Shown here: positions 63,811 through 64,000 of the stretch, one piece after another
How positions within the stretch are numbered: the first letter of the stretch is position 1
Layout of the letters: each line of letters begins with the position of its first letter
NCBI GenBank assembly: GCA_026914245.1
Contig: CP110439.1
Coordinates: 6,386,001-6,450,000 of the forward strand
From: Puccinia triticina
Lineage: Eukaryota
Reading direction: 5' to 3'
DNA length: 64,000 bases
The notes under the pieces: model-generated
What the model saw: only the letters and a program-made list of their open reading frames with translations
Databases searched by the model: none
What the model was told of the DNA's origin: nothing
Made by a program: the position numbers and the translations under genes

Positions 63811-64000
63811 AAATTAATGCTGTCCGCAGCATTCCTAAGCAAGCAACAAAACTGTCGAGTCCTTCCTGCTAAGAAATTTCTAGTCCCCTGATGTTGTTGT
63901 AAGTCCTTGACAATATTTGTACAAGTTTCCGTGCCTTCTTCCCTGTTCCTTGTGTTTTTCCGATTGGCTATTTGTGTTACATTGAGTCAACTCCAAATCG

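Overview
Eukaryotic, intron-rich fungal DNA, most likely a rust fungus (Pucciniales); this is inferred from gene style, TE load and TpCpG-type mutations. Small gene islands sit in a dense field of nested transposons. Genes: the 5' half of an MTR4 RNA helicase (525 codons, ending right after motif VI), an intron-containing tRNA-Ile(AAT), a large secreted protein made of two tandem ~310-aa domains split by one in-frame TAA, mitochondrial aconitase, a bHLH pseudogene, and a convergent pair of RING E3 ligase genes. Mobile DNA resolved by terminal repeats and target-site duplications (TSDs): a PIF/Harbinger relic, a MULE, a hAT relic and its MITEs with 7-bp TSDs, CACTA-type and foldback MITEs, nested solo LTRs and three Helitron-like 3' ends. 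Most notable: (1) a doubly palindromic ~40-bp array shared by elements of several unrelated superfamilies; (2) probable Helitron capture of MTR4 and bHLH fragments; (3) the two-domain secreted protein whose stop may be removed by a 66-nt in-frame intron; (4) the 7-bp-TSD hAT family. All calls were made by eye, without database searches.
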